Source: Eledone cirrhosa (lineage: Eukaryota). Taken from it: DNA of 64,000 nucleotides. The stretch's first letter is position 1. Every line of letters starts with the position of its first letter. Made by a program: the position numbers and the translations under genes. The DNA lies in the NCBI GenBank assembly GCA_964016885.1, contig OZ024741.1, forward strand, positions 127,038,001-127,102,000. Reading direction: 5' to 3'. The notes below the pieces were generated by a model, which saw only the letters and a program-made list of their open reading frames with translations, did not search any database and was not told the origin of the DNA. Below are positions 44,105 through 58,292 of the stretch, piece after piece.

Positions 44105-47100
44105 CTCTCAGGAATCAAACCAACGATTTGAGGATCATGAGTCTAACACCCTATCCCTTATGTCACATGCTTTACTTCATATCTTAGAACTATTTATCAT
44201 CGATCAGCCATATCGAATCTTAAATCATGCTTTACATAACTTTAACATTGATCAGCCATTTATTTTCGGTTTCACGGCCATTTGTGATAAAAATCTCAAC
44301 ATAGAGCCAACCGTAACGAGAAGAACTAAAGTGAATGGCACAATTCTACTGAAGCTCCACAAAACAGTAAGAATACAATATGGCCGATTATCAAATCTGG
44401 TTAAAAGGTCTGTGAATGGTGGTTGTATTTTAACAGTTGTCACGTCTAGTATATATATTTGTTTCGACGAAGAGTGTCCCTGTTGTTAGATAAAATGAAG
44501 TCTGCTCATGAAATTGTGCAAATGGTTAAGGATTCCATAGACACATGTAACTCTTATGTAGTTAACATGGATATGGCACAAGGCTGGCTCTTTGAGTTAC
44601 AGTACAACTCAATTTTGTCAGTTGAGCTGAGTGAAGCAATGTAAAATAAAAAGTCCATGGTCAAAGATAACATGTCCCTGAGAATCGAATTCACGGACTT
44701 ACGATCGTGAATTGAGAAACCTTACCTACTACGCTATGCATCTTTACAGTAATATATACACAGTATTTATATGCCAAAAGCAAATGTCATTGACGAAAGG
44801 AGATAGAAGAAAAAATGTATAACAAAAAAGGAGGAGGGAGAAAACTAAGCCCTCGGTTGAACAGCACAGCTCAGTTGCGCCCAACGAATAAGATGGTGAA
44901 AGTGATGACGAGGAGTAAAGCCATCGAATCCCTCTGCATCATTTACACGCGATCACAGACGTGTCCACTCTACATAGACCATGATTATCTCTATTTCTAA
45001 ACCACTCCAGTATCTAAGATACCCATTGACCAGCATTTCCCCTAAATGGCTGACTGAATACACGTACTTTCTCTCAAAAAAACTTTCTGTTCCTTCTGCT
45101 TCTGACCCTCTATCTTTCTATTTCATCTTTTATTACTCATTCTATCTTCTGGTGAAGGACTAGTGTCCGAAACGTAAATACTCTTTTCCTACTATATCAA
45201 AAGTTAAAGTAATATATTTCTTCATTCTACTGACTGGTTTGTTTTGTTGTTTTCGTTTTCATTTTGCAAGTGTATATATATATATATATATATATATAAG
45301 TTAAAATAATGAAATAAAAAATCAAGTCATTAGAGATATACTTCACTGCTTTACGATCGTTTCTAGATGGTGATAATACATTGTATCTATACTCAGATAT
45401 TGATCTATGTAAGTTTACAAACTATCAGATAGAGAGAATATTTACTTACATGCATACCACCAGCTGTTTTCAAAAGCAATAATCATTTTATTCAATAATA
45501 ATTTTACTTAGAATTAGTAGCATGTTAGTATCATGTCCTTATTTGGAGTTAGTTGAAGAACTAACGAATCAAATTGTTTTTTTCATATGGTGTTAAGATG
45601 AAAAGTAATACACTTTAGTTGAGGTCATGACCCTTTGAAAGGAATGGTTGAAGGGTGTTAGTAGAAATGGCATAAAAATCTATTAGGAAGGAAGGGGATT
45701 GTCAAACTGATAGTTGAATGTATCTTGTATAGTGAATTTAAAAGGAATGTCAAAATAAATGGTGATTAGTGATGTATTGAGTTTTAAGGTGAATATAAAT
45801 TAATGTTATAGCTAGGAAAGATAGTATATTAAAAGATGAAAATTATAATAATATAATGAGATATAGTAATGCGATAATATACAACTTAACCAACACAATA
45901 TAGTACGGTGTGCTAAATTTCACTTAGTATAATATAACATATTATACGCTCTAAAATATTACTAAGTGTGTTTATACATAAACAATCAAACTCAGATAAG
46001 TACATGTTGGCATAGTTAAAACACATAAATTTCATAGTCTACAAAGTGGATATATCCACACTATATATAGAGAGAGATACAGTTATATTGATATCTAACC
46101 AAAATATACATACGTACAAATAACTCGAACTATTAGACTGATATGCCCATCAAAATCTGATATCGGTAATATCAGCAAAAAGATTATTGATCGTATCATT
46201 CCGCAAATTAGAAAATTTGTAACGCATCCACTATGGAATAACATTTCCCAAGTTATCGAATGGTTTACTAGCATTGAGAATAAAAACTCAGCTTCATTCA
46301 TTCAATTCGACATCGATTTCTACTATTCTTCGATTTCTCCAATTCTTTTAAACAAAGCACTAATTTTTGCCAGAAATAGATCGGATTTATCTACTGAGGA
46401 AATCAACATCATAACTCACGCTAGAAAAACCTTACTAAACTTCCAAGATGAATATTGGACAAGAAACACCTATAACAACTCATTCGATATTACGATGGGA
46501 TCCATGGACTCTGCTCAAGTTACAGACCTCGTTGGACTATTTCTTCTCTATAACATTCATCACTCTTTTCCCCACCTCAAAGGTGGTCTTTATCAGGATG
46601 ATTGTCTATTGTTATCTAACAATCTTAGCAATTCCAATATAGAGAAGAACAAAAAAGCAAATTAGAAAATTCCTCAAGGACTATTACAGCCTTAGCATCA
46701 CCTTTGAAAACACTTCAAAAGTAGCTAATTTCCTTGATGTTACCTTAGATCTCTCTACGAATACTTATCAACCATATCACAAACCTAACCAGAATCTACA
46801 TTATGTACATTCACGATCTAACCACCCTGGCTCTATACTCAAGAGCTTAGTATATAACATATCTCTTAGACTTTCTAAATTATCTTCCAATGAAGATATA
46901 TTTTATAATAATGCACCCTTCTACAACGATGCCTTAACTAGAAGTGGATATAAAGAAAAAATCTCATATATCCCCAACACTACTATGGACCAAAACATAA
47001 AACCTAACAAAAACTACAAACACCAAAAAATACCATTGAAACAAATACCTAAAGTGGTTATTCCTATTACACCAAACAACCGAAAAACCACAACTATTAC

Positions 47101-48462
47101 TACACGATATATGACCAATGTTATCAACCCACATATGAAACCAAGCACTCAAAATCTCATAATCTACCCAAAAATAACACCAAATACAACCACGATAATT
47201 TACCAAATTCCACAAATAAGGACACTAACCATAGGAATTCTTCTAGAACACAACACAATAATATAAGGGATAATAAAAACTTAACTAAAAACCGCAAAAG
47301 AAACATAACATGGGACAACGCACGCTTCAACCTGCAAACTATTGGACAAATCCCCAAAAAATTCTTTGAAATACTACATAAACATTTTCCACCAAACCAC
47401 AGATACCTCCAAATATTTAACAAATATACTGTTAAATTCTCATACTCTACATCAAGCAATCTCAAACAAAAAATAAGCAACTACAACATTTATAAACTTA
47501 AAAATAATATGACTACACCACCGCAACATACTTTAAATAGGACTGCACCGTTTAAAAAGACAAATAATACAATTCTTCAATCTAGAAATCACAACCACCC
47601 AAATCACCAACACAAAAACAACAGAATACAAAATTACAATACAACTCCAGCACCAAACGAGCCACAAAGCAAACTTCATTCTCCTGCTATCATTAATTAC
47701 AGTAGAAACAATTAATTACAATAGGAATAGCTCAAGGATAAATGAGAATAGTATTGGCACCCCCAAAAACCATCTTACGTATGGCTGTAATTGCAGAAAT
47801 AGAAGCATTTACCCCTTAAATGGAAACTGTTTGATTAATAATGTAATATATAAATGCACTGTGTCTCCTACAGACTCCAAGAAAGCATATATAGGATCTA
47901 CATCAAACACATTTAAGAAAAGATTTTACGCACACTCTAGTAGTTTCAACAATACTAAACTAGCAAACACCACATCTTTAGCTGAAGCGGTAAATATTAT
48001 AAAAAGAAAAAAATAGATTTCAAGTTATCGTGGAACACTATTCTACAAAAAACTCCATATCTTGGGAACAGGAGGGAATGCAGATTATGTTCAGGGGAGA
48101 TCTTGGAAATTACTAAATCTAAGGACGATTTATTAAATAAAAGACAGGAATTGATCATAGTCTGTAATCACCGTATACGAAAAACATTTAAATACTATAA
48201 ACCTAATTAAATACTATAAACCTAATTAAATATTCTAAATAGCAACTCACTATAATTCCGAATAGAATAACATTTATTAGTACCTCTTTCCCCTAATTAT
48301 ATGCTTTCATGCTTATTTTTGCCTTTTAATGTTTTAGCTTCCTTAGATTTATGCGTTAATGACTAAAGGCAACAAGATACACAACGATACGTAATTGCAT
48401 GAGTAAAAATATACATGTATGTATGATATGGAAATATATTTATGTGTGTGTATATTTGTGTG

Positions 48463-48493
<31 letters not shown>

Positions 48494-48549
48494 ATATGTT
48501 TATGTATGTGTATATGCGTATATATGTATATGCTTGTATATGTAAGTGT

Positions 48550-48589
<40 letters not shown>

Positions 48590-48646
48590 GTATATGTATG
48601 TGTATATATATATATATGTAAATGTGTATATGTATATATATATATA

Positions 48647-49129
<483 letters not shown>

Positions 49130-49247
49130 TATAGGTGTATGAATGTTTATATATGAGTATGTGCACATTTAAGAGGAGTGTACATATACTCACACAAGTG
49201 AATATATATATATATATGTGTATGTGTGTGTGTGTGTATATGTGTTG

Positions 49248-49288
<41 letters not shown>

Positions 49289-49365
49289 ATGTGTATGTAT
49301 ATATGTATGTGTGTATATGTATGTATATGTATATATGTATGTATGTATGTATGAGTGTGTGTGTG

Positions 49366-49482
<117 letters not shown>

Positions 49483-50240
49483 ATATATATATATGTATAT
49501 ATGGGGGTATAGATGTGTATGTGTGGATGTAGATATGTATGGAGATATATATATATGATTATATGCATGCGTGTGGATGTGTATTTAGGTTCGCATCTAT
49601 TTGTACGTATGTATATTTTGGTTAGATATCAATATAACTGTATCTCTCTATATATATAGTGTGGATATATGCACTTTGTAGACTATGAAATTTATGTGTT
49701 TTAACTATGCCAACATGTACTTATCTGAGTTTGATTGTTTATGCATAAACATACTTAGTAATATTTTAGAGCGTATAATATGTTATATTATACTAAGTGC
49801 AATTAAGCCACACCATACTATATTGTGTTGGTTAAGTTGTATATTATCGCATTACTATATCTCATTATCTTATTATAATTTTCCTCTTTTAATATACTAT
49901 CTTTCCTAGCCATAACATTAATTTATATTCACCTTAAAACTCAATACAACACTAATCACCATTTATTTTGACATTACTTTTAAATTCACTATACAAGATA
50001 CATTCAACTATCAGTTTGACAATCCCCTTCCTTCCTAATAGATTTTTATGCCATTTCTACTAACACCCTTCAACCATTCCTTTCAAAGGGTCATGACCTC
50101 AACTAAAGTGTATTACTTTTCATCTTAACACCATATGAAAAAAACAATTTGATTCGTTAGTTCTTCAACTAACTCCAAATAAGGACATGATACTAACATG
50201 CTACTAATTCTAAGTAAAATCATTATTGAATAAAATTGTT

Positions 50241-50376
50241 ATTGCTTTTGAAAACAGCTGGTAATATGCATGTAAGTAAATATTCTCTCTATCTGATAGT
50301 TTGTAAACTTACATAGATCAATATCTGAGTATAGATACAATGAATTATCACCATCTAGAAACGATCGTAAAGCAGT
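50241..50376 (+). ncRNA. Hammerhead motif with U3:A8 core and long stem II insertion
   Basis: AUUGCUU, UUGAAAA, about 100-nt stem II region, GAAA, palindromic CGAUCG, UA^, AAGCAGU. Mirror copy at about 45345-45480 (-). Confidence 0.6.
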
Positions 50377-50562
50377 GAAGTATATCTCTAATGACTTGAT
50401 TTTTTTATTTCATTGTTTTAACTTATATCATGACTCTGTTTTCCTTTTAATGTTTTATTGTTTTCTAAGATTTATCTTAACCTACAACATATTCAACATA
50501 TGGATTACATCGAGATCTTCATGCAGAATAGACCCCCACAACTTACAGTGGATACCTCTGTT

Positions 50563-50625
<63 letters not shown>

Positions 50626-50627
50626 TC

Positions 50628-50900
50628 ATTCGTTTACTGGCTTCAGTCTTTAGACTGCGGTCATCAACCATTTAGTCAACCATATGGATCCCTGTACTTA
50701 TATTTTCAAGTGTGATATTTACCTTATCGATCTCGGTTTTGTTGAACCGTTATCTTACAAACCAGAAATACACATATATGAAGAAGTTCTGCAGTTCTCG
50801 CCTACCAAATTTCACTCATAAGGCACTGATCAACATTGAGGCTACAGTAGCAGACTTTTGCCCAAGATGCCATGCAGGGAGATTGAACCAAGTATCACGC
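50628..50900 (-). mobile_element. Decayed tRNA-SINE (third family; tail also at 25372-25430)
   Basis: Minus strand GGTTCAATC...GCATCTTGGGCAAAAGTC...TTTGGTAGGCG...AACTG, with tail TTTAC..G.TTCAG.C. Confidence 0.55.
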
Positions 50901-51119
50901 GGAAGATAGTGAAATCGAGATGAAACCTTTGTTATATATAGCCTGAGTTTATAACTAAGAGGAGGACGAGAAGGTTGGTGTAGAATAACTGAATAATAGG
51001 TTAAATAATCGGAAAATGGGTTTGAGAATTGATTACCACCTGTTAGTTTGGTAGGTTATAGTTATAGTATACCTTGATTCAATACTTGAGCAGACAGAAA
51101 AGGGAAGTTGGGAAATAAG

Positions 51120-51575
51120 GACGAGACTAGCAACTGCAAGAACAATCCTATATGGTTGTAAGTCATGAACTTTAAAGGCATCTGACTTGAAACGACTAAG
51201 GACATTTGAAATGCCATGCTATAGGCGTGCACTTAGAATTAGCTGGACAGCTCACAAAACAAATAAATCTGTCCGGGAAAAGATTAGTGCCAATCGACAA
51301 TTGGTTGGAACAGTGAGGAAAATGAAACTTCAGTATTTTGGTCACATCATCAGGGCCCAGAATTTGACTACCCACATCCTTGAGGGATGAATACAGGGGA
51401 AAGGGGCCAGGAAACAGCAAAAAAAGAGATAGACAGGTGATATTAAGGAATGGACAGGAAGGAGTTTGGCGGAATGTACGGCAATGGCAAGAGACAGGAA
51501 AAGATGGAGAGTTCTGGTCCATAAGTCTATGACCCTCGACCCTCAGGTATGAGGATGGGATGAGAAGGAAGAGGG
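51120..51575 (+). mobile_element. RTE-clade LINE 3' end
   Basis: KRLRTFEMPCYRRALRISWTAHKTNKSV...KLQYFGHIIRAQNLTTHILEG. Confidence 0.85.
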
Positions 51576-52266
51576 AGTCAGTTTACTTTGTCTGGAATAC
51601 AAGGCACACATTAAAAATATTTTTCAAATAAGATTTTATCTTGTTTTTAAGGTAGATAAATAGATAACTAGATTAACCGTCCAATTGACATTGTTAATCA
51701 CGCATGGTTACTTTGTTCAAACAAACCAATTAAATCATTGCTAAAGGTAAATTTCTACTTAAGAAGCTTTGCATTTTCCTTCGTGTTTTTATTTGGTGAG
51801 ATAAGCTAGGTTTCAGAAGCTATACGCTATACGCTAGGAATCTTGCGCAGATTCCTCTATATTTCTGTCAAACACGAACATCATTGTATTGCCTGAAGGG
51901 AATTAATGTTCCAACATCAAAAGATCTTGTCACATCGGCAGAAGAAAATCGATAAATATTTAAGTGCATGTATTTCGCCACCCATTCCTTAGGGAAAAGA
52001 ATACATATTATTATAGACATAACGTGAACATCTTTCGACAGATTGTCGTTAATAGTATAGGGAATCATTTCCGATAAATCATTGAATAATTCTATAATAA
52101 TAAATGGGAATTTCTGTGCGTATCGCCACAGCTGGTGTTGTTAGCCACGGGGAATAACGTACCACGTGGTATTAAACACAAACGAAAAATCAAATAACAT
52201 CGGTGTGAATTCAAATTAACGTCGTGACTATGATATGTTCACTTACATAATCGTTACACTACCCAG

Positions 52267-52310
<44 letters not shown>

Positions 52311-52317
<7 letters not shown>

Positions 52318-52966
52318 TTGTAGCTCTGAAATAGCAATATATATATGGATGTAAATATAATGTATTTTGCAATACACTTTATGCTTAATTAAAAGCATTT
52401 TGAAGACCGTAAGCTATTGTTTTAAAGTAGTGACAAATTCACTCACTTCGATCTCAGCAAACAGGAGGAGATAAGCCGACATGACATGTTTCGCTTTTGT
52501 TGAAGCTTATCAAGGCCAACTACCCCGCCCGTCTACTGAGATCAATGATGTTATATTCTTATAGAAATTACTTTAAAACAATAGCTTACGGTCTTCAAAA
52601 TGCTTTTAATTAAGCATAAAGTGTATTGCAAAATACATTATATTTACATCCATATATATATTGCTATTTCAGAGCTACAATTCTAATTTTTAATTTCTGC
52701 CTGACCAACAACCGCTCTGCATAATCAGCTCCTGATTATTTACTAGATTTCTATAAGAATATAACATCATTGATCTCAGTAGACGGGCGGGGTAGTTGGC
52801 CTTGATAAGCTTCAACAAAAGCGAAACATGTCATGTCGGCTTATCTCCTCCTGTTTGCTGAGATCGAAGTGAGTGAATTTGTCACTACTTTAAAACAATA
52901 GCTTACGGTCTTCAAAATGCTTTTAATTAAGCATAAAGTGTATTGCAAAATACATTATATTTACAT

Positions 52967-52970
<4 letters not shown>
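52311..52970 (+). mobile_element. Retrozyme-like element, family B: 317-bp monomer in about 1.27 tandem copies plus an about 257-bp inverted copy
   Basis: TACTTTAAAACAATAGCTTACGG...TTTACATCC at 52569 and 52886. Segment 52311-52568 is the reverse complement of the monomer read through its tandem junction. Non-coding and flanked by (TA)n. Confidence 0.8.
52798..52841 (+). ncRNA. Type I hammerhead ribozyme, U3:A8 variant, GUC triplet
   Basis: GGCC, UUGAUAA, GCUU-CAACAA-AAGC, GAAA, CAU-GUC-AUG, UC^, GGCU. Stem I is extended by GAUCUCAGUAGACGGG / CCUGUUUGCUGAGAUC. Confidence 0.75.
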
Positions 52971-54545
<1,575 letters not shown>

Positions 54546-54808
54546 GTGAGCCTCCTTTTTTCAAGTAAAAAGAAATTCAAACACTCATATATGAAAAAAT
54601 AACCTGTGACAACCCCCCCCCCCCCCCTCTCTTATTTGAAGAACTATTGTAACGCGAACTGGCGCGACATTTATTATAATTATTGACAAACCAATCAAAT
54701 TACTTCTCGAAAAACCTGGCATTTCGAGACACTTTTTCCATATAAAACAAGTAACATTCAGAGACCAACCAGATGTGAGAAAAACCACAGACCCTCCATC
54801 TCAACTCA

Positions 54809-54846
54809 CCTTTTGAAAAGCAGAAGAACTGCGAAACCGGTAAAGG
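54809..54846 (+). ncRNA. Minimal type I hammerhead ribozyme, U3:A8 variant (family E terminus)
   Basis: CCUU, UUGAAAA, GCAG-AAGAA-CUGC, GAAA, palindromic CCGG, UA^, AAGG. Confidence 0.75.
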
Positions 54847-55196
54847 AACCAAATAAATATATATATATTTTTTAAAAAAATAAGACTCCAGTTGCATTTC
54901 GATTTCATCTCTTTTTCTTTATACTTTCACTCGTGTAGGACACCTCGGTTATTTTTCATTTTGTAAAAAAAAAACCTCACTTTCTAATATATATATATAT
55001 ATTCAGGTTTGAGGATCATCACTGTATAGAGCTGGTCAATTCCGTATGGTCAATCTCAACGTAATAATATGGAGAGTACTCAACGTAAAGCAGTTCAACC
55101 GTCTTTGTTTTTGTAGTTGGTGGTGCTAGTACGGAGTTAAATATTATAATGAAATGACAGGAGGCTGGACTTGTGTAAATCCTTGAAAGGTTTATT

Positions 55197-55254
55197 ATAC
55201 TATGATCATTTCAATGACCGGGTTCCGTATGAATCCGGTGATATCATCAGGTAT
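55197..55254 (-). ncRNA. Minimal type I hammerhead ribozyme
   Basis: AUAC, CUGAUGA, stem II ACCGGAUUC-AUACG-GAACCCGGU (frayed base), GAAA, palindromic UGAUCA, UA^, GUAU. Confidence 0.7.
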
Positions 55255-55387
55255 TCGAAATACAATAAGTGAATGTAATAGATAAAATCCATGGGGCTGA
55301 AAATCAAAGACCCGAGGACGACCGCCATCCAGCATCTTCTACCTTAGTCGGTCGCCCTCGAGTGACGTGGCTAAAGCTTACGGTGTG

Positions 55388-55461
55388 CTACTACCGGTCA
55401 AATAGAGGAAAACAGAAAGGGATAGGAACATAAGTCAGCGTTATTATCATGCCACAAGAAA

Positions 55462-55496
<35 letters not shown>

Positions 55497-55911
55497 GAAA
55501 GAAAGAAGAGAGAAGAAGGGGGAAGGAAGAAGAAGAGAAGCCAGGGTTAATGTCAGCTATAAGAAGAAAGACAGAAAGAAAGAGGAGGAAAGGTCGGTAT
55601 TACAGTCAGGCAAGGAATGTCGCGAAAAAAATGTTTATTCTAACGGACCCGTATCTTAACAACTACTACCAGTCAAATCTAGGCAAACAAAAAGGGGAAG
55701 GAAGATAAGTCAACGTTAATATCATGCCACAAGGAGAAAGACAGAAAGAAGGGAGAAGAGAAGGAAGAAAAGGAAGAAGAAGAAAAGTCAGGGTTGATGG
55801 ATACAAGAAGAAAGATAGAAAGAAAGAGGAAGAAAGGTCGATATTAATGTCAGACTACAGTCAGGCCAGGAATGGCGCGAAAAAAATATTTTCAAAGGGA
55901 CCCGTATTTTA
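55388..55911. repeat. Two diverged tandem copies of a purine-rich 250-275-bp unit
   Basis: CTACTACC.GTCAAAT...ATAAGTCA.CGTTA.TATCATGCCACAAG...TACAGTCAGGC.AGGAATG.CGCGAAAAAAAT...GGACCCGTAT occurs twice. Confidence 0.8.
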
Positions 55912-56115
55912 GCAGAGGTCAATATAGTGGGGGTCAGTGTGTTATAATGTGTGAGCAGAAGATTGGAACGTTACATTTTTGTTTAGACTTATAGGATGAA
56001 GTTAAAAAATTAATATTTAATATTAACATTATAAAATTAAAGAAATTAGAAAATTTAAAGTTAAAGTTAAACAGTTTAACATTATTAAGGTTGCGAGGTT
56101 TAAGCAAAGAAAGAG

Positions 56116-58208
56116 TCTAGAACCACCAGTCTAGAACCACGTCTAGAACCACCAGTCGACCCTCCGAGTCCAGGTGTACTTTCCGTGTTGCGAGGCCCAG
56201 GTGTTTTCGCAGCAGAACGACCACCCCGCCCCCACCCCCCGGCTGACAGAGAGATGCATAGATCTCATAGTCGTCGAAGATGGGGGCAAGAAGTTGGTGC
56301 TCGTTGCTGATCCTGGACTCGCAAATAGCTATCACATCCATTCTGTGCGACTGAGGTCATTTAAGAGTTTGCCCTGCTTCCAGGACATCCCCAGGCCGCG
56401 CACATTTAAACATCCAACTCTTATAACAGCCATATTGGTGGTGAAGAGTTTAGAGTGGAGAAAAAGGAAAAGACACCTACCTGTCCTTTTCCTGGGGACC
56501 AGGCTGTACAATTTCCATGGGGTTATCGGCGGGGTTGTTTGGTGGGGTGGTGGTTTGGGATGTGGTGGGGACATCAGTGTGTGGTGGGGCGGGGGTGTTT
56601 GGTGGGGGAGGGGTGTCTGGGGTGGTGGTGGGGAAACATTTCAAGAGGACGCAGTTGCTAGGTCTAGTACAGGGGTTCCCCGCGTACTTGGGAAAGTTCT
56701 GTTTAAGCATTGCGTTGTGTGTTTGTTGCATTTTTGTTAATGTGGTGCCTTCTTTTCTTTCTTTTTACAGGTTGAAAGGGTTCTCCCTCGTCGTCACTGG
56801 TCCTCGTCCGTGTTGTTGGGAGGAGTATATTTTGGGGTTTTGTTGTGGTTGCTTTTGTATTTGTTTTAGGTGGGAAGGGTTGGGTGGGACAGTGTCTTGT
56901 GTTGTTATTTTTCGTGTTGTTATTTTTCGTGTTGTTGTGGTGGTGGTGGTGGTGGTGGTGGTGGTGGTGGTGATTGTGTTGTTGTGTGTGGGGTGGGCAG
57001 AAGCGTCTTTTTTTTTGGGGGGAGGGGCATTTAAAAGAGGGCAGGAAGCCCTCAGGTGACCACTTCTTGAACAGTGGTAGCATGAAGGCCGCCTGCCCTC
57101 AACAGAAATGTTCATGAAGGCGACTCCATCCAGGGACACACGCTGCGGTATTCTTGCTATCATTTGGACCAGAACTTCAAGGCTATTGCCGCCGAATAAG
57201 CCCCCGGTGGATTCGCCTATCGAAAGGATTGTGTCCTCATCTTCTAAGAATCCCGTTAGCACCCACCAAATGCTCGCATTTGGCCTGATGCCCGAGATTC
57301 TTATCTTTTGAGTTCTTTTCCCCAAATATGTGGGGAAAAAGGTAAATGCTTTGGATACAATTGGCGACACAGAATATTTCCGTGCCGCCAATTTATCTTG
57401 CATTAAAACAGATATGCTTCCATACAGTTTCCCTTTCTGTATGAAAGCGATATCCTTCCAGGCACTACTTAGGAAACTGTCCTAAAGATTACAGTCCTGA
57501 GGACTGTCTCCCTTCTAATTTCTTGGGGGGGGGGGGGGGTAATTGTGAATTCCCCACCTTCGCCGAAATTTAAACAATTCGTTGCTTCTTTCAGCAATTT
57601 CTTGGCATTCGAGATGTCCAGTGCCTTGTATGTCTGCGTTTCTCGGACCGCCTGCGCGAAGGCAACTGCAGCTGTGGGTCCGTTTTCTTTCGTGTTGTTA
57701 TCATTTTTGTTGTTGTTATTCGTGTTGGCTTGCTTTTTTCCTTTGTTGGTGTTGTCATTATTGCTGTTGTTGGTTGTGTTGTTATTGTCATTGTTGCTGT
57801 TGTTGGTTGTGTTGTTATTGGCATTGTTGTTCTTGTTTGTGTAATTGTTACTTTTGGGGTTTTCACTCATTTCCACAATTTTTTCTTTTGATTCCGTGGT
57901 GTCTTTTGCGGGAGTGAGGAGGGAAGGCTTACAGCGTTGTGCTGCTACCTTCTCTCTATCACTTTCCTTGGGGGGCGTGGCATGTGTCGTATTAATGGCG
58001 TCCATTGTCACTAAACGACTTTTTATCGACAGCTTATAACTATTAAATTTCGCCCCAAAAAGGGGCGAAATTTATTTTATCCAACGTCTGCAGGCCCAGG
58101 CGAGGGGTTAAACACAACAAATAACAAATTACTTAAACAGCCTACGGCTTCTCGTAATAGATTCCGACAAAATGCAGGAGCGAAACAAAAAAACGTCTAT
58201 CTTCTCCG
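56116..58208 (-). mobile_element. L1/Tx1-clade LINE 5' part: 5' UTR, ORF1 (zinc knuckle), start of ORF2 endonuclease, truncated
   Basis: ORF1 pieces 57469-58011 and 56765-57403 with CYHCSRSGHLRASC. ORF2 starts at 56433 with MAVIRVGCLNVRGL...DVIAICESR...GGGGVVVL...EGRLVVLDV. Confidence 0.88.
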
Positions 58209-58285
<77 letters not shown>

Positions 58286-58292
58286 CATAGAT
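58209..58292. repeat. (GATA)n microsatellite between two Tx1-like LINEs
   Basis: About 20 GATA units. Confidence 0.95.

Noticed and set aside
44034-44644. 151-aa and 61-aa ORFs as a downstream receptor exon or another gene
   Set aside because: They begin in a CT microsatellite or SINE remnant, have no recognisable motif, and do not resemble a receptor C-tail.
50325-50362. Alternative hammerhead register using CUGAGUA with a UAGAU/AUCUA stem
   Set aside because: No stem I forms in that register. The UUGAAAA register at 50248 gives a 7-bp stem I and is preferred.
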